A stretch of DNA of 64,000 bases from an uncultured Fibrobacterota bacterium (GCA_963729895.1 CAVSQB010000031.1:1-64000), one strand, 5' to 3'. Numbered from the stretch's first letter, positions 8,189 through 17,285 are shown. A program made the numbers and translations. Notes: a model not told the origin generated them from the sequence alone.

Positions 8189-8986
8189 ATGAAAATCCTA
8201 ACCACTTTCCCCACTGCCGGGGAATTCGAAAAGGCAAAACAAGTCCTGGCGGAATTATTCCTGCCGCATACAATTATTATACCGGAGCCGGGGTATTCGC
8301 GCGTCGGCCTTCCCGCGCTCGTTATTGAAGAAGAAGATCGCGGCAAGCTCCTGGGCGGCGGTCAAGGCGCGTTTGTCACGTCCGGATGGGTGGATTTTCA
8401 TCAACCGTCGATGAGCGTCCCTGCCAAAGACCCGCTTGTATTCGACGAAGACATTTTCGGAAGCGTCGCGATCGTGGTATTACAGCCTTGCACGGCAGAC
8501 CAGACAAAGATGCGCGTGACTGCCCATTTTTCCGGCGATCTGTCCCCGGTCTTTCCCTATATGAACGCCCTGATGCGCGACGCTTTTTACAATGCGCACA
8601 GCCGGACGTTCACGTTCATGGACGGGCACCGGATGATTGCCGTGTACCCGCACCGTGTGGCCGCCGCAAAAACCAACGACATTGTGGACACGTGGCGGGT
8701 GCTGGAAATGCTGCGCGTGCGCTTTAACGAGTGCTGGAAGAACAGGTCCGGCATTACGCCCTCCAGCGAGCTTCGCAAGCGGCCCCCTGCGCTTGAAATT
8801 TATTATCGGCTGCCGAAGACGAACTGTGGAGCGTGCGGCGAACAAACGTGCATGGCTTTTGCGTTTCTTCTCTGGAACGGGCAGGTTTCGCCCGACCGGT
8901 GTGAGCCCGTTTTCGGCGGTAACCAAAGCCATCTCAAAGAGGCGCTCGTTGAAATCTGCGGCGGCCTCGGCGTGGGAAAGGAGTAA
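8189..8986 (+). CDS. Fe-S-binding protein (C-terminal LPKTNCGACGEQTC..C domain)
   Basis: C-terminal CxxCxxxxC..C motif typical of the small FeS domain; ars-cluster context. Confidence 0.75.
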   Translation: MKILTTFPTAGEFEKAKQVLAELFLPHTIIIPEPGYSRVGLPALVIEEEDRGKLLGGGQGAFVTSGWVDFHQPSMSVPAKDPLVFDEDIFGSVAIVVLQPCTADQTKMRVTAHFSGDLSPVFPYMNALMRDAFYNAHSRTFTFMDGHRMIAVYPHRVAAAKTNDIVDTWRVLEMLRVRFNECWKNRSGITPSSELRKRPPALEIYYRLPKTNCGACGEQTCMAFAFLLWNGQVSPDRCEPVFGGNQSHLKEALVEICGGLGVGKE

Positions 8987-8992
8987 TGCCGC

Positions 8993-9160
8993 ATGGATCA
9001 TGAGACGACAGTGGTCGCGATCACCAGGCGGCAAATGATGCGGCTGGAAATGATAATTACCGACAAAGACAAAAACGAGGCGCTTGAGTTTCTGCGCGAG
9101 TTGCGCTCAAAAATAGAGAATGGTTCGATACAGGGTATCAAATCACATCTTGACGAGTAA
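8993..9160 (+). CDS. Small hypothetical protein (55 aa), absent from ORF track
   Basis: MDHETTVVAITRRQMMRLEMIITDKDKNEALEFLRELRSKIENGSIQGIKSHLDE*; AAGGAG upstream; fills the operon gap. Confidence 0.65.
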   Translation: MDHETTVVAITRRQMMRLEMIITDKDKNEALEFLRELRSKIENGSIQGIKSHLDE

Positions 9161-9177
9161 TCAAAAGGAGGATGTTC

Positions 9178-9411
9178 ATGAAAAAGTTGCAGATTCTGGG
9201 CACCGGCTGCCCCAAATGCAAGAAGCTGTTTGAGGCCGCGCAGCAGGCAATCAAAGACCTCGGCATCGAGGCGGAGGTGACCAAGGTGGAAGACATCACC
9301 GAAATCATGAAGTTCGGCGTTATGTCGACCCCTGCGCTGGCAGTTGACGGCGCGATAAAAGTTGCCGGTCGCATTCCCAAGACCGACGAACTCAAAACAA
9401 TGATTTCCTAG
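9178..9411 (+). CDS. Small redox-active disulfide protein (thioredoxin-like, MTH895 type)
   Basis: ILGTGCPKC..GVMSTPALAVDG; AGGAGG RBS. Confidence 0.9.
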   Translation: MKKLQILGTGCPKCKKLFEAAQQAIKDLGIEAEVTKVEDITEIMKFGVMSTPALAVDGAIKVAGRIPKTDELKTMIS

Positions 9412-9414
9412 GCA

Positions 9415-10485
9415 TTGTTTCGAAAGAAGGTACCGGTGCGCGTTTTAAAGAATTCTCTCGCCCGACGAATTACCCTCATATCGGGGTTGCTTGCGGCATG
9501 GGTGCTGGCATATTCCGTGATCAAGCGATTGTCGGAGTATCTTACCTACGGCGCGTTTCACCTGGCCCAGGGAACCCACCTTTCCGATGCCGTGTCTTTC
9601 TTCCTGTTCGAAACGCCCAAAGTGCTTCTGTTGTTGACCCTGATAGTTTTCGGAATCGGCATTGTGCGCTCGTTTTTTACACCGGAGAAGACACGGGCGA
9701 TACTGGCCGGGAAAAAGACGTTTGTCGGCAATGTGCTTGCGGCGCTGCTTGGCGTGGTGACCCCGTTCTGTTCCTGCTCGGCGGTTCCGCTCTTCATCGG
9801 GTTCGTGCAGGCGGGCGTGCCGCTCGGCGTCACCTTTTCTTTCCTGGTCTGCGCGCCCATGGTGAATGAGATCGCGCTTGTCCTCCTGTTCGGGCTTTTC
9901 GGATGGAAGGTGGCGGCGCTCTATCTTGCAACCGGGTTTTCCATCGCGCTCGCGGCAGGCATCGTGATCGGCAAGCTCCGCATGGAAAAGCATGTGGAAG
10001 GATGGGTTTACGATATGCGAATGGGCGGGAGCGGCGCCGCGACGCAAAGACTGACATGGCCGGACCGCATCGATGCCGGATGGCAGGCGGTTAAGGACAT
10101 TGTTGTAAAAGTTTGGCCGTATATCGTTGCCGGTATTCTCGTCGGAGCCGCAATCCACGGGTGGGTGCCGCAGGGGCTTATGGCAAAGATCATGGGCGCG
10201 CATGCCTGGTGGTCGGTCCCGCTTGCGGTTCTCATAGGAATTCCCATGTATTCCAATGCCGCGGGGATCATTCCGATTGTGGAGGCCTTGCTTTCAAAAG
10301 GAGCGGCTCTCGGCACCGTGCTCGCATTCATGATGTCGGTGATTGGTTTGTCATTGCCGGAAATGGTTATACTGCGCAAAGTGCTCAAGCCGACACTCAT
10401 CGCAACCTTTATTGCAGTCGTGGGAACCGGAATTCTTTTAGTGGGCTTTTTATTCAATTTCGTCCTGTCGTTGAACGTTTTGTAG
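9415..10485 (+). CDS. ArsP-family (DUF318) permease
   Basis: TPFCSCSAVPLFIGF and GIPMYSNAAG motifs; multiple TM segments; start uncertain. Confidence 0.88.
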   Translation: MFRKKVPVRVLKNSLARRITLISGLLAAWVLAYSVIKRLSEYLTYGAFHLAQGTHLSDAVSFFLFETPKVLLLLTLIVFGIGIVRSFFTPEKTRAILAGKKTFVGNVLAALLGVVTPFCSCSAVPLFIGFVQAGVPLGVTFSFLVCAPMVNEIALVLLFGLFGWKVAALYLATGFSIALAAGIVIGKLRMEKHVEGWVYDMRMGGSGAATQRLTWPDRIDAGWQAVKDIVVKVWPYIVAGILVGAAIHGWVPQGLMAKIMGAHAWWSVPLAVLIGIPMYSNAAGIIPIVEALLSKGAALGTVLAFMMSVIGLSLPEMVILRKVLKPTLIATFIAVVGTGILLVGFLFNFVLSLNVL

Positions 10486-10627
10486 GAATCCTCGTTTTTG
10501 CGTCTTGCAGAAGGGTATTCAATTGGCGCAAATTTCTTCCCCTCAATGGCAGGCGCATTCGTGTGCTTTACACCCCTCACCGAAGTGACCGATCGAAAGG
10601 ATTTTCGGAATCTGCAGGGGGCCTTGA

Positions 10628-10792
10628 AGTCCGGAAGGGTTCGGTATCGAAGCAGAGGTAACGGAAGTTGAGGACATCAACGAAATCATGAAGTTCGGGA
10701 TCATGATGACCGTTTCCATGGCGGTCGAGGGTGAGGCCAAGGCAGCAGGATGCCAACCGAGGCCCGAAGAGATTAAAACCATGATGTCTTGA
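10628..10792 (+). pseudogene. Degenerate duplicate of the small thioredoxin (no CxxC N-terminus)
   Basis: FGIEAEVTEVEDINEIMKFGIMMTVSMAVEGE..EEIKTMMS* parallels 9178-9411; in-frame TGA at 10625. Confidence 0.7.
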
Positions 10793-10803
10793 AAGGAGAC
10801 GGT

Positions 10804-11175
10804 ATGAACGAAGCCAAAGGTTCTCAAAATGGCTCGCAAAAGTTGATTTTTGCGTGTAGCGGGATTGCGGATGTCGGAGAAATTGCCGACCGGACCGGGC
10901 GGAAACTCCACAAAGACGGTATCGGAAAAATGTGGTGCATTTCCGGAATCGGGGCAGGCCTGAGCAGCTTTATCGACTCCACAAAGGCGGCCGCCAAAGT
11001 ACTGGTTATCGATGGGTGCCCGGTTGATTGCGGAATAAAAATGATGGAAAAAGCCGGTATCTCGAATTTCGCCCATATCCGCATCACCGATTTGGGTTTT
11101 GAAAAGGGGAAGACCCCCGTTTCCGACGATTCAATAGAGAAAATAGGCATTAAAGCCAGAGAAATTCTTTCGTGA
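10804..11175 (+). CDS. DGC-domain putative zinc-binding protein
   Basis: FACSG..DVGEIADR..MWC..IDGCPVDC motif. Confidence 0.85.
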   Translation: MNEAKGSQNGSQKLIFACSGIADVGEIADRTGRKLHKDGIGKMWCISGIGAGLSSFIDSTKAAAKVLVIDGCPVDCGIKMMEKAGISNFAHIRITDLGFEKGKTPVSDDSIEKIGIKAREILS

Positions 11176-11200
11176 ATACGTAAAAGAAAGGAATGTTGCC

Positions 11201-11692
11201 GTGAAATCTGTAATAAAAGCATCAGGAAGTTTGATCATCGGACTATCCCTGGTTCTCTGTTTTATGTCATGCCAGGCAGGGCAACCAAAATCTCAAAACC
11301 AATCGGGTGCAAAGGAGCCCGCAGTCTCCGAACCTGCTGCCGGCACAAAAGACAAACTCGTTGTCTGTTATTTCCACGGCAACGCCCGCTGTCCCACGTG
11401 CTACAAACTTGAAAACTTCGCGAAATCGGCGGTCGAATCGGATTTCGCAGACCAGATCAGAAACGGAAAAATAGAATGGAAGACAATCAATGTGGAAGAT
11501 GCGGGCAATGAGCACTTCACAAACGACTACAAGCTCTATACAAAATCGGTAATTATTTCGATTCAAAAAGACGGCAAGGAGGTATCGTGGAAGAACCTCG
11601 ACCGGATATGGCAGCTTGTAGGCGATCAGGATAAATACACGGCCTACATCGACAATGAGGTGCGCGCCTGCCTTGAAGGGAAATGCCTGTGA
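11201..11692 (+). CDS. ArsF-family thioredoxin-like lipoprotein
   Basis: Signal peptide with Cys; YFHGNARCPTC..WKNLDRIW; precedes an ArsG-like gene. Confidence 0.75.
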   Translation: MKSVIKASGSLIIGLSLVLCFMSCQAGQPKSQNQSGAKEPAVSEPAAGTKDKLVVCYFHGNARCPTCYKLENFAKSAVESDFADQIRNGKIEWKTINVEDAGNEHFTNDYKLYTKSVIISIQKDGKEVSWKNLDRIWQLVGDQDKYTAYIDNEVRACLEGKCL

Positions 11693-12384
11693 GCGAGGCG
11701 TTTATCGGGATGGGCGCGGCATTGTGGCTCGGCATACTTACGTCCATAAGCCCCTGCCCTCTTGCAACGAATATTGCCGCCATTTCGTACGTGGGCAGGC
11801 GGGTTGAAAAGCCCCGAATGGTTCTTGCGGCGGGGCTGTTATACACGCTCGGGCGCAGCCTTGCCTATCTGACGGTCGCGCTGCTTGTGACCAAAGGCCT
11901 GCTCTCCATTCCGGGCGTTTCCAACTTTCTCCAGCGCTACATCAACCTGTTCATCGGCCCGCTCATGCTTGCGGTGGGTTTGTTGCTGCTGGATATCTGG
12001 AAATTCAGCTTCAGCGGCGGTGGAATGGGTAGCGGGCTCCAGGCGCGAATCGACAAAATGGGCCTTGGGGGCGCAGGTGCTCTCGGCGTCGTATTCGCTC
12101 TTGCATTCTGTCCCGTGTCGGCAGGGTTGTTTTTTGGAGGGCTTATTCCGCTCGCAATTAAAGGCCATACCGTGCTTCTGTCGTGCCTCTACGGCATAGG
12201 CACCGCCCTGCCGGTTGTCGGCTTTGCCCTCCTGCTCGCGTTCGCGGCGCACGGGGTGGGTGCGGCTTTTAAAAGGTTGACGGCCGTAGAAATCTGGGCG
12301 CGGCGCGCCACCGCGATAGTGATGATTGTCGCGGGCGTCGTGCTGATTCTCAAGGATGATTTCGGCCTTTATTTCGGGGTATAA
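11689..12384 (+). CDS. ArsG-family / DsbD-like membrane transporter
   Basis: LGILTSISPCPLATNIAAISY and FALAFCPVS motifs. Confidence 0.8.
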   Translation: MSEAFIGMGAALWLGILTSISPCPLATNIAAISYVGRRVEKPRMVLAAGLLYTLGRSLAYLTVALLVTKGLLSIPGVSNFLQRYINLFIGPLMLAVGLLLLDIWKFSFSGGGMGSGLQARIDKMGLGGAGALGVVFALAFCPVSAGLFFGGLIPLAIKGHTVLLSCLYGIGTALPVVGFALLLAFAAHGVGAAFKRLTAVEIWARRATAIVMIVAGVVLILKDDFGLYFGV

Positions 12385-12544
12385 AAGGGTCGATGTGTTA
12401 CGTCCCTCAGACCTGTCACATGAATATAACGTTTCCACAAATACGATAAGTCGTCGTTTGGACACCCTTGTCCGCAAAAAGCTTCTGCAAAGGCATGGGA
12501 AGGGTGCAGGCGTATTTTATAAGTACCTGCTTTCCGGCAATTAG
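12380..12544 (+). pseudogene. Orphan C-terminal winged-HTH fragment
   Basis: RPSDLSHEYNVSTNTISRRLDTLVRKKLLQRHGKGAGVFY*; no plausible start. Confidence 0.45.
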
Positions 12545-12557
12545 CACATTCGAGCAG

Positions 12558-12707
12558 TTGAGAATTTTGTAACCGGGTGCCGTTACGGTGCGCGCAACTG
12601 AAGGTACGGGCTTGCCAAGGGTACATCCACGCCGCACCGGCTCAGCAATCCAAAATTGAACTTGTTTGATTTAGTAATCGCCGCACCGGCTCAGCAAACC
12701 ATACTCT
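12558..12707 (+). repeat. Repeat family A, right part (variant 2)
   Basis: 150-bp direct repeat of 13225-13374 with 3 mismatches; two GCCGCACCGGCTCAGCAA(T/A)CC motifs. Confidence 0.92.
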
Positions 12708-12813
12708 TACTTTCAATATCATTTTCATTTTGGCGAACCATGGCTCACGAATGCCGCGATCCCCGCAGCGTAATTTATCTTATAAGATGTTTATAGATAC
12801 AATTCCAGTGCTA

Positions 12814-13374
12814 TGGGATAGCAGTGCCGGAAAATCGTGATAATCAAATGCATCTGGATGGCTGAGCCGGGTGACCCCATAGTTGGAGTAAATGGGTCAA
12901 GACTTGGGCGCCCCGTCCCCACCGGGACGGCGGCCCTCCTTTCAGGCTCGGCCGGTTGGCCTCGGTGCCGGATCGCCCTATGGCGCTGTGTCTCGATACA
13001 CCGCTCCCCGAGTGTCCCGCTGATCGTCGAGTAATCCACTCTGTGGATGTATCGAGACGGGGATGTATCGAGGGGAGCGGCACTCGACAATCAGCGGCAG
13101 GGTCGACCGGCACTGCGCTTTGGCGCACCTTCCAGTCCGGCCTGGCGCTTGGCAGAAGGCAATGTCCACAGTAGTCAAGATAGATCGAATTACTAATGGT
13201 TGAAAAGTTGACGGGTTAGTTCGCTTGAGAATTTTGTAACCGGGTGCCGCTACGGTGCGCGCAACTGAAGGTACGGGCTTGCCAAGGGTACATCCACGCC
13301 GCACCGGCTCAGCAATCCAAAATTGAACTTGTTTGATTTAGTAATCGCCGCACCCGCTTAGCAAACCATACTCT
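12814..13374 (+). repeat. Repeat family A, full copy carrying structured module B (12904-13159)
   Basis: Doubled left motifs (12814, 12854), GGGTGACCCC, module B, TTGAGAATTTTGTAACCGGGTG, doubled right motifs. Confidence 0.88.
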
Positions 13375-13418
13375 AGCGGTGCCCCCAACAACAATTCGGA
13401 TTTCAAGAATTAGAATTT

Positions 13419-14225
13419 ATGAAGATCTTTTTTATTGGCGACATCTTCGGAAATACGGGCAAGCGCGTGCTTGCCGAGCGGCTCCCCTCTTTTCTTATAG
13501 AGCATTCAATTGACGTGTGCATCGCCAACGGCGAAAACGCCGCGGGCGGCAAGGGCATCACCCACAACCTCATCGGCAAGCTCCGCAAGTTCGGCGTCAA
13601 CGTCATTACCGGCGGCAATCATTCGTTTGCCAATGCCGACGCCTTCGACGACTTTGCCAAAGACCCCTATGTGCTGCGGCCGCACAACTTTCCCCCGGGC
13701 AACATCGGCACAGGGACTGCGCTCTACACGCTGCCGGACGGCCGCACGCTGGGCATCGTGAACCTTCTGGGCAGGGTGTTCTTCGGCGAAGGCCTCGACT
13801 GCCCGTTCCGCACGGGCGCGGCCGCCATCGGGGAGCTTTCGCGCTCCACCAGGGCAATCGTCGTGGACCTGCACGCCGAGGCGACCAGCGAAAAGAAGGC
13901 GTTTGCGGCGCATGTTGACGGAACGGTAAGCGCGGTCATCGGGACGCATTCGCATGTGCAAACCGCCGACGAACTCGTGTCGCCGGCCGGCACGGCGTAC
14001 ATCACCGACGCCGGCATGACCGGGGCGGAAGCATCCATCATCGGCATGAAGAAAGAACAGGTGATTAGAAAGTTCCTCCTGCAAACCCCGGTGCGGTTCG
14101 AGCCGTCGGAAGACGGCCCCATGCTCAACGGCGTCGTGATCGACATCGAGGATGCGAGCGGAAAAGCGGCATCCATCACGCGCGTGTACGAACGGTTGCG
14201 GTTCTCCCATGAACCGGAAAGATAA
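13419..14225 (+). CDS. ymdB: YmdB-family metallophosphoesterase
   Basis: FIGDIFG, IANGENAAGG, TGGNH, DLHAEATSEK, GTHSHVQTAD motifs. Confidence 0.93.
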   Translation: MKIFFIGDIFGNTGKRVLAERLPSFLIEHSIDVCIANGENAAGGKGITHNLIGKLRKFGVNVITGGNHSFANADAFDDFAKDPYVLRPHNFPPGNIGTGTALYTLPDGRTLGIVNLLGRVFFGEGLDCPFRTGAAAIGELSRSTRAIVVDLHAEATSEKKAFAAHVDGTVSAVIGTHSHVQTADELVSPAGTAYITDAGMTGAEASIIGMKKEQVIRKFLLQTPVRFEPSEDGPMLNGVVIDIEDASGKAASITRVYERLRFSHEPER

Positions 14226-14227
14226 AA

Positions 14228-14379
14228 TTCACCGCAGAGACGCAAAGAACGCAAAGGTTGGGAGAGTTAAAATAATGCCGGATAGGATAAGCCAATTGTT
14301 GCCAGATTGGAAAGCATCTCTCGTGAGAGGTCACAATTCCTTTGCGATTTCTTTGCGGCCTTTGCGTCTTTGCGGTGAA
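14228..14379. repeat. Inverted repeat of the CACCGCAGAGACGCAAAG type
   Basis: Arms 14228-14256 and 14351-14379 are near-complementary; a solo arm lies at 32811-32838. Confidence 0.75.
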
Positions 14380-14398
14380 CTCTTCGACGGAATGCAGC

Positions 14399-15751
14399 AT
14401 GAACAAGACGTATAACCTCTCGCCCTTCGACTACGACGGCGATTTCTCCGGCGTCAACGAACGTTCAAGGAAGTACCTTGTCGCGAGCGAAGAAGACAAT
14501 GTGTCGTCCGCCGCGGTCTACAGGTTCCTGCCTCCGCAGAAATCCGAAAAACCCTATACCGTCAGCCAGGTCAACGAGGGCATCGCCCGGATCATCGAAG
14601 GCGGCAACACGCTCGTGTGGGTGGAGGGCGAAATTTCCAATTTCAAGCGCGCCTCAAGCGGACACTGTTACCTGAAACTCAAGGACGAGGCGAGCCAGAT
14701 TCCCGCGGTGCTCTGGAAACAGACCGCCTCGCAGCTCGCCTTCGAACCCAAAGACGGCATGCAGGTTGTTGCCATTGCGTCAATTCGCGTGTACCAGAAG
14801 GGCGGGTATTACCAGATCGACATCCACCGGCTGCAGCCCGCCGGGCTGGGCGCGCTGTATGCCGCGTTTCTCGCACTCAGGGAAAAACTGGAGAAGGAAG
14901 GGCTGTTCGACAAGTCGCGGAAGAAGCCGCTGCCCGACACCGTGGACACGCTCGGCGTCATCACCTCCACACGAGGCGCCGCCCTGTACGATATTGTCAA
15001 GGTCGTCCGATCGCGCGCGCCGCGCACCACCATCGTCGTCATCGACGTGGCGGTGCAGGGCGAAAATGCGGCGCCGCAGATCGCCCGGGCCATTGCCGAC
15101 ATGAACCGCTTTGCAAAGGTGGATTGTATCATCGTGGGACGCGGAGGGGGATCCCTGGAAGACCTGTGGGCCTTTAACGAGGAAATCGTGGCGCGCGCCA
15201 TCGCGTCGTCCGCCATCCCCGTTATTTCGGCGGTGGGCCACGAAATAGATTTCACCATAGCCGATTTTGCGGCCGACGTGCGCGCGCCGACTCCGTCGGC
15301 CGCCGCGGAAATGGCGGTTTCCGACGACAGGGAAAACCGGCGGTACTTTTATTCGCTCGCGCGGCGCTTCCACGCTGATTTCACCAGGTTCTTCTCGGAG
15401 GCGCAGGCGGCATTCGATTCGCTCGCGCAAAGTCCCGGCTGGCGGCGCGCCGCGGAATGTGCGGACGGCGCCCGGCTCTCGCTTGACGACATGGAAAATC
15501 GCGGGGCGCGCGCGCTTCGCGCGCACCTCGTCGCAACGAGGCTTCGGCTCTCCTCCGCCTCGTCGAGGCTGGAAGGGCTCAGCCCGCGCGCCATCATGGC
15601 GCGCGGGTACAGTGTGGTGGCCGATGCAACGGGGGCCGCCGTCAGAAACGCTTCTCAGGTGTCGTGCGGGGACCCGATAAGAATATATTTTCATTCGGGG
15701 AAGGCCGAGGCCACGGTCACGGCGACCGACGCCGGGCCGGACGGCGATTGA
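14399..15751 (+). CDS. xseA: Exodeoxyribonuclease VII large subunit
   Basis: VWVEGEISNF..SGHCYLKLKD, RGGGSLEDLWAFNEE, SAVGHEIDFT, TPSAAAE. Confidence 0.95.
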   Translation: MNKTYNLSPFDYDGDFSGVNERSRKYLVASEEDNVSSAAVYRFLPPQKSEKPYTVSQVNEGIARIIEGGNTLVWVEGEISNFKRASSGHCYLKLKDEASQIPAVLWKQTASQLAFEPKDGMQVVAIASIRVYQKGGYYQIDIHRLQPAGLGALYAAFLALREKLEKEGLFDKSRKKPLPDTVDTLGVITSTRGAALYDIVKVVRSRAPRTTIVVIDVAVQGENAAPQIARAIADMNRFAKVDCIIVGRGGGSLEDLWAFNEEIVARAIASSAIPVISAVGHEIDFTIADFAADVRAPTPSAAAEMAVSDDRENRRYFYSLARRFHADFTRFFSEAQAAFDSLAQSPGWRRAAECADGARLSLDDMENRGARALRAHLVATRLRLSSASSRLEGLSPRAIMARGYSVVADATGAAVRNASQVSCGDPIRIYFHSGKAEATVTATDAGPDGD

Positions 15752-15794
15752 AGAACCCCGCCCCAAGTGACGGATTGCGCGGGCTGTGGCATTT
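15749..15794 (-). repeat. Family E hairpin repeat
   Basis: Reverse complement AATGCCACAGCCCGCGCAATCCG..GCGGGGTTCTTCAA matches 3309-3360. Confidence 0.6.
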
Positions 15795-15828
15795 CTCACG
15801 TTCGGCATAACGCTGCAAGGAGCTGTCC

Positions 15829-16095
15829 GTGGCAAAATCGGAACTGAGTTTTGAAGCCGCTCTCAAGGAACTCGAGAAGGTCGTTGCAAGGCTCGAAAGC
15901 CCCGATCTCACACTGACAAGTGCGCTCGAGCAGTTCGAAAAGGGGGTGGCGCTCATGAAGACCTGCGATTCCCAACTGAAAAGCGCGGAGGGAAAGCTCA
16001 AGGAACTGCTCGCGGGAAAGAACGGCGAGTTCATCGAAAAGATCCTCGGCGTTTCCGACGACGACGCCGCGGCCGGGGAAACGGCAGATGACTGA
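15829..16095 (+). CDS. xseB: Exodeoxyribonuclease VII small subunit
   Basis: SFEAALKELEKVVARLE..LEQFEKG..C...L. Confidence 0.93.
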   Translation: MAKSELSFEAALKELEKVVARLESPDLTLTSALEQFEKGVALMKTCDSQLKSAEGKLKELLAGKNGEFIEKILGVSDDDAAAGETADD

Positions 16096-16960
16096 TATCA
16101 AGACCTACATGAAGGCCGTCTCCGACGCCACCGACGCCACGCTCAACGAGCTGCTTCCCCCGGAATCCGCTTACCCCGCGTCCATCCATTCGCTGATGCG
16201 GTACAGCACGTTCGCCGGCGGTAAGCGCGTGCGGCCCTGCCTCATCATGGCATCCTACGAGGCGTGCGGAGGGGCGTTCGGCGAGCGGAATACGCTGCTT
16301 GCCTGCGCCGCGGTCGAGATGCTCCACACGTTCTCGCTTATCCACGACGACCTTCCCTGCATGGACGACGACGATTTCCGGCGCGGCAAACCAACCGCGC
16401 ACAAGGCGTTTACTGAAGCCCTCGCCGTGCTCGGGGGCGACGCACTGTGCATTTACGCCTACGAATGCCTCGGCAGCATCGGCAGGGCCGACATCGTCGT
16501 CGAAATGTCCCGCGCGCTCGGCACCGGCGGCATGATCGGCGGCCAGGTTGTGGACATCGAATCCGAAGGCACACGCGCGTCGCGCGAAACGCTCGACTAT
16601 ATCCACAAAAACAAGACCGCCGCCCTCATCCGTGCATGCGTGCGCATCGGCGCACTGCTGGCAAACGCGCCGCGGGGCGTGGTTGACACGCTGTCCGCCT
16701 ACGGCGACGGCGTCGGCCTCGCGTTTCAGGTCGTCGACGACATTCTTGACGAAGAGGGAACCACGGAGCAGATCGGCAAAGACGCCGGCAGCGACCGCGA
16801 AAAAGGCAAGGTGACGTTCCCGAGCGTGGTGGGGATGGCCGAATCGAAGAGGTATGCGAAAGAGTTAATTGACAAAGCGAAAGAGGAGATTGCGGGGTTG
16901 GGTGATAAGGCCGCGATGTTGGGGGAATTGGCGGAGTTTATAAGGATAAGGATTTCGTGA
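16088..16960 (+). CDS. ispA: Polyprenyl (farnesyl/geranylgeranyl) diphosphate synthase
   Basis: GGKRVRP, LIHDDLPCMDDDDFRRGKPT, FQVVDDILD. Confidence 0.92.
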   Translation: MTDIKTYMKAVSDATDATLNELLPPESAYPASIHSLMRYSTFAGGKRVRPCLIMASYEACGGAFGERNTLLACAAVEMLHTFSLIHDDLPCMDDDDFRRGKPTAHKAFTEALAVLGGDALCIYAYECLGSIGRADIVVEMSRALGTGGMIGGQVVDIESEGTRASRETLDYIHKNKTAALIRACVRIGALLANAPRGVVDTLSAYGDGVGLAFQVVDDILDEEGTTEQIGKDAGSDREKGKVTFPSVVGMAESKRYAKELIDKAKEEIAGLGDKAAMLGELAEFIRIRIS

Positions 16961-17058
16961 CCCGTTTTTTTTACCTTGTGGGCCCGTCTTAACTTTCAAA
17001 ACAGGCTCTCGCGAGCGGCTTTGCAAAACAGGTTCGTCTACGTCGCTACCGTATGCCC

Positions 17059-17285
17059 GCGCGTTAGGCGGACTGGAGTGGTGCGCAAGAGCGCAGTGCC
17101 GGCCGACCCGCCGCTGATTGTCGAGTGCCGTTCCCCTCGATACATCCCTTCGGGACACTCGGGGAGCGGTGTATCGAGACACAGCGGCATAGGCGGTCCG
17201 GCACCGAGGCGAATTGCCGAGCCCGCAAGGAGGCCGACGCCTTGTCAGACCGCACGGCGGTGCGGCCTGACAAGGGGAACGCCCA
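17059..17285 (-). repeat. Stand-alone module B (inverted)
   Basis: Reverse complement matches 12904-13148, including the TGTCTCGATACACCGCTCCCCGAGTGTCCC arm. Confidence 0.85.

Noticed and set aside
12416..13304. Similar short ORFs MRRGCTLGKPVPSVART.. (also within 60702-61037)
   Set aside because: Translations of the non-coding repeat; they diverge immediately outside it.
12558..13374. Repeated GCCGCACCGGCTCAGCAA motifs as a CRISPR array
   Set aside because: Only pairs, with identical rather than unique spacers, dispersed as parts of a larger element; no cas genes.
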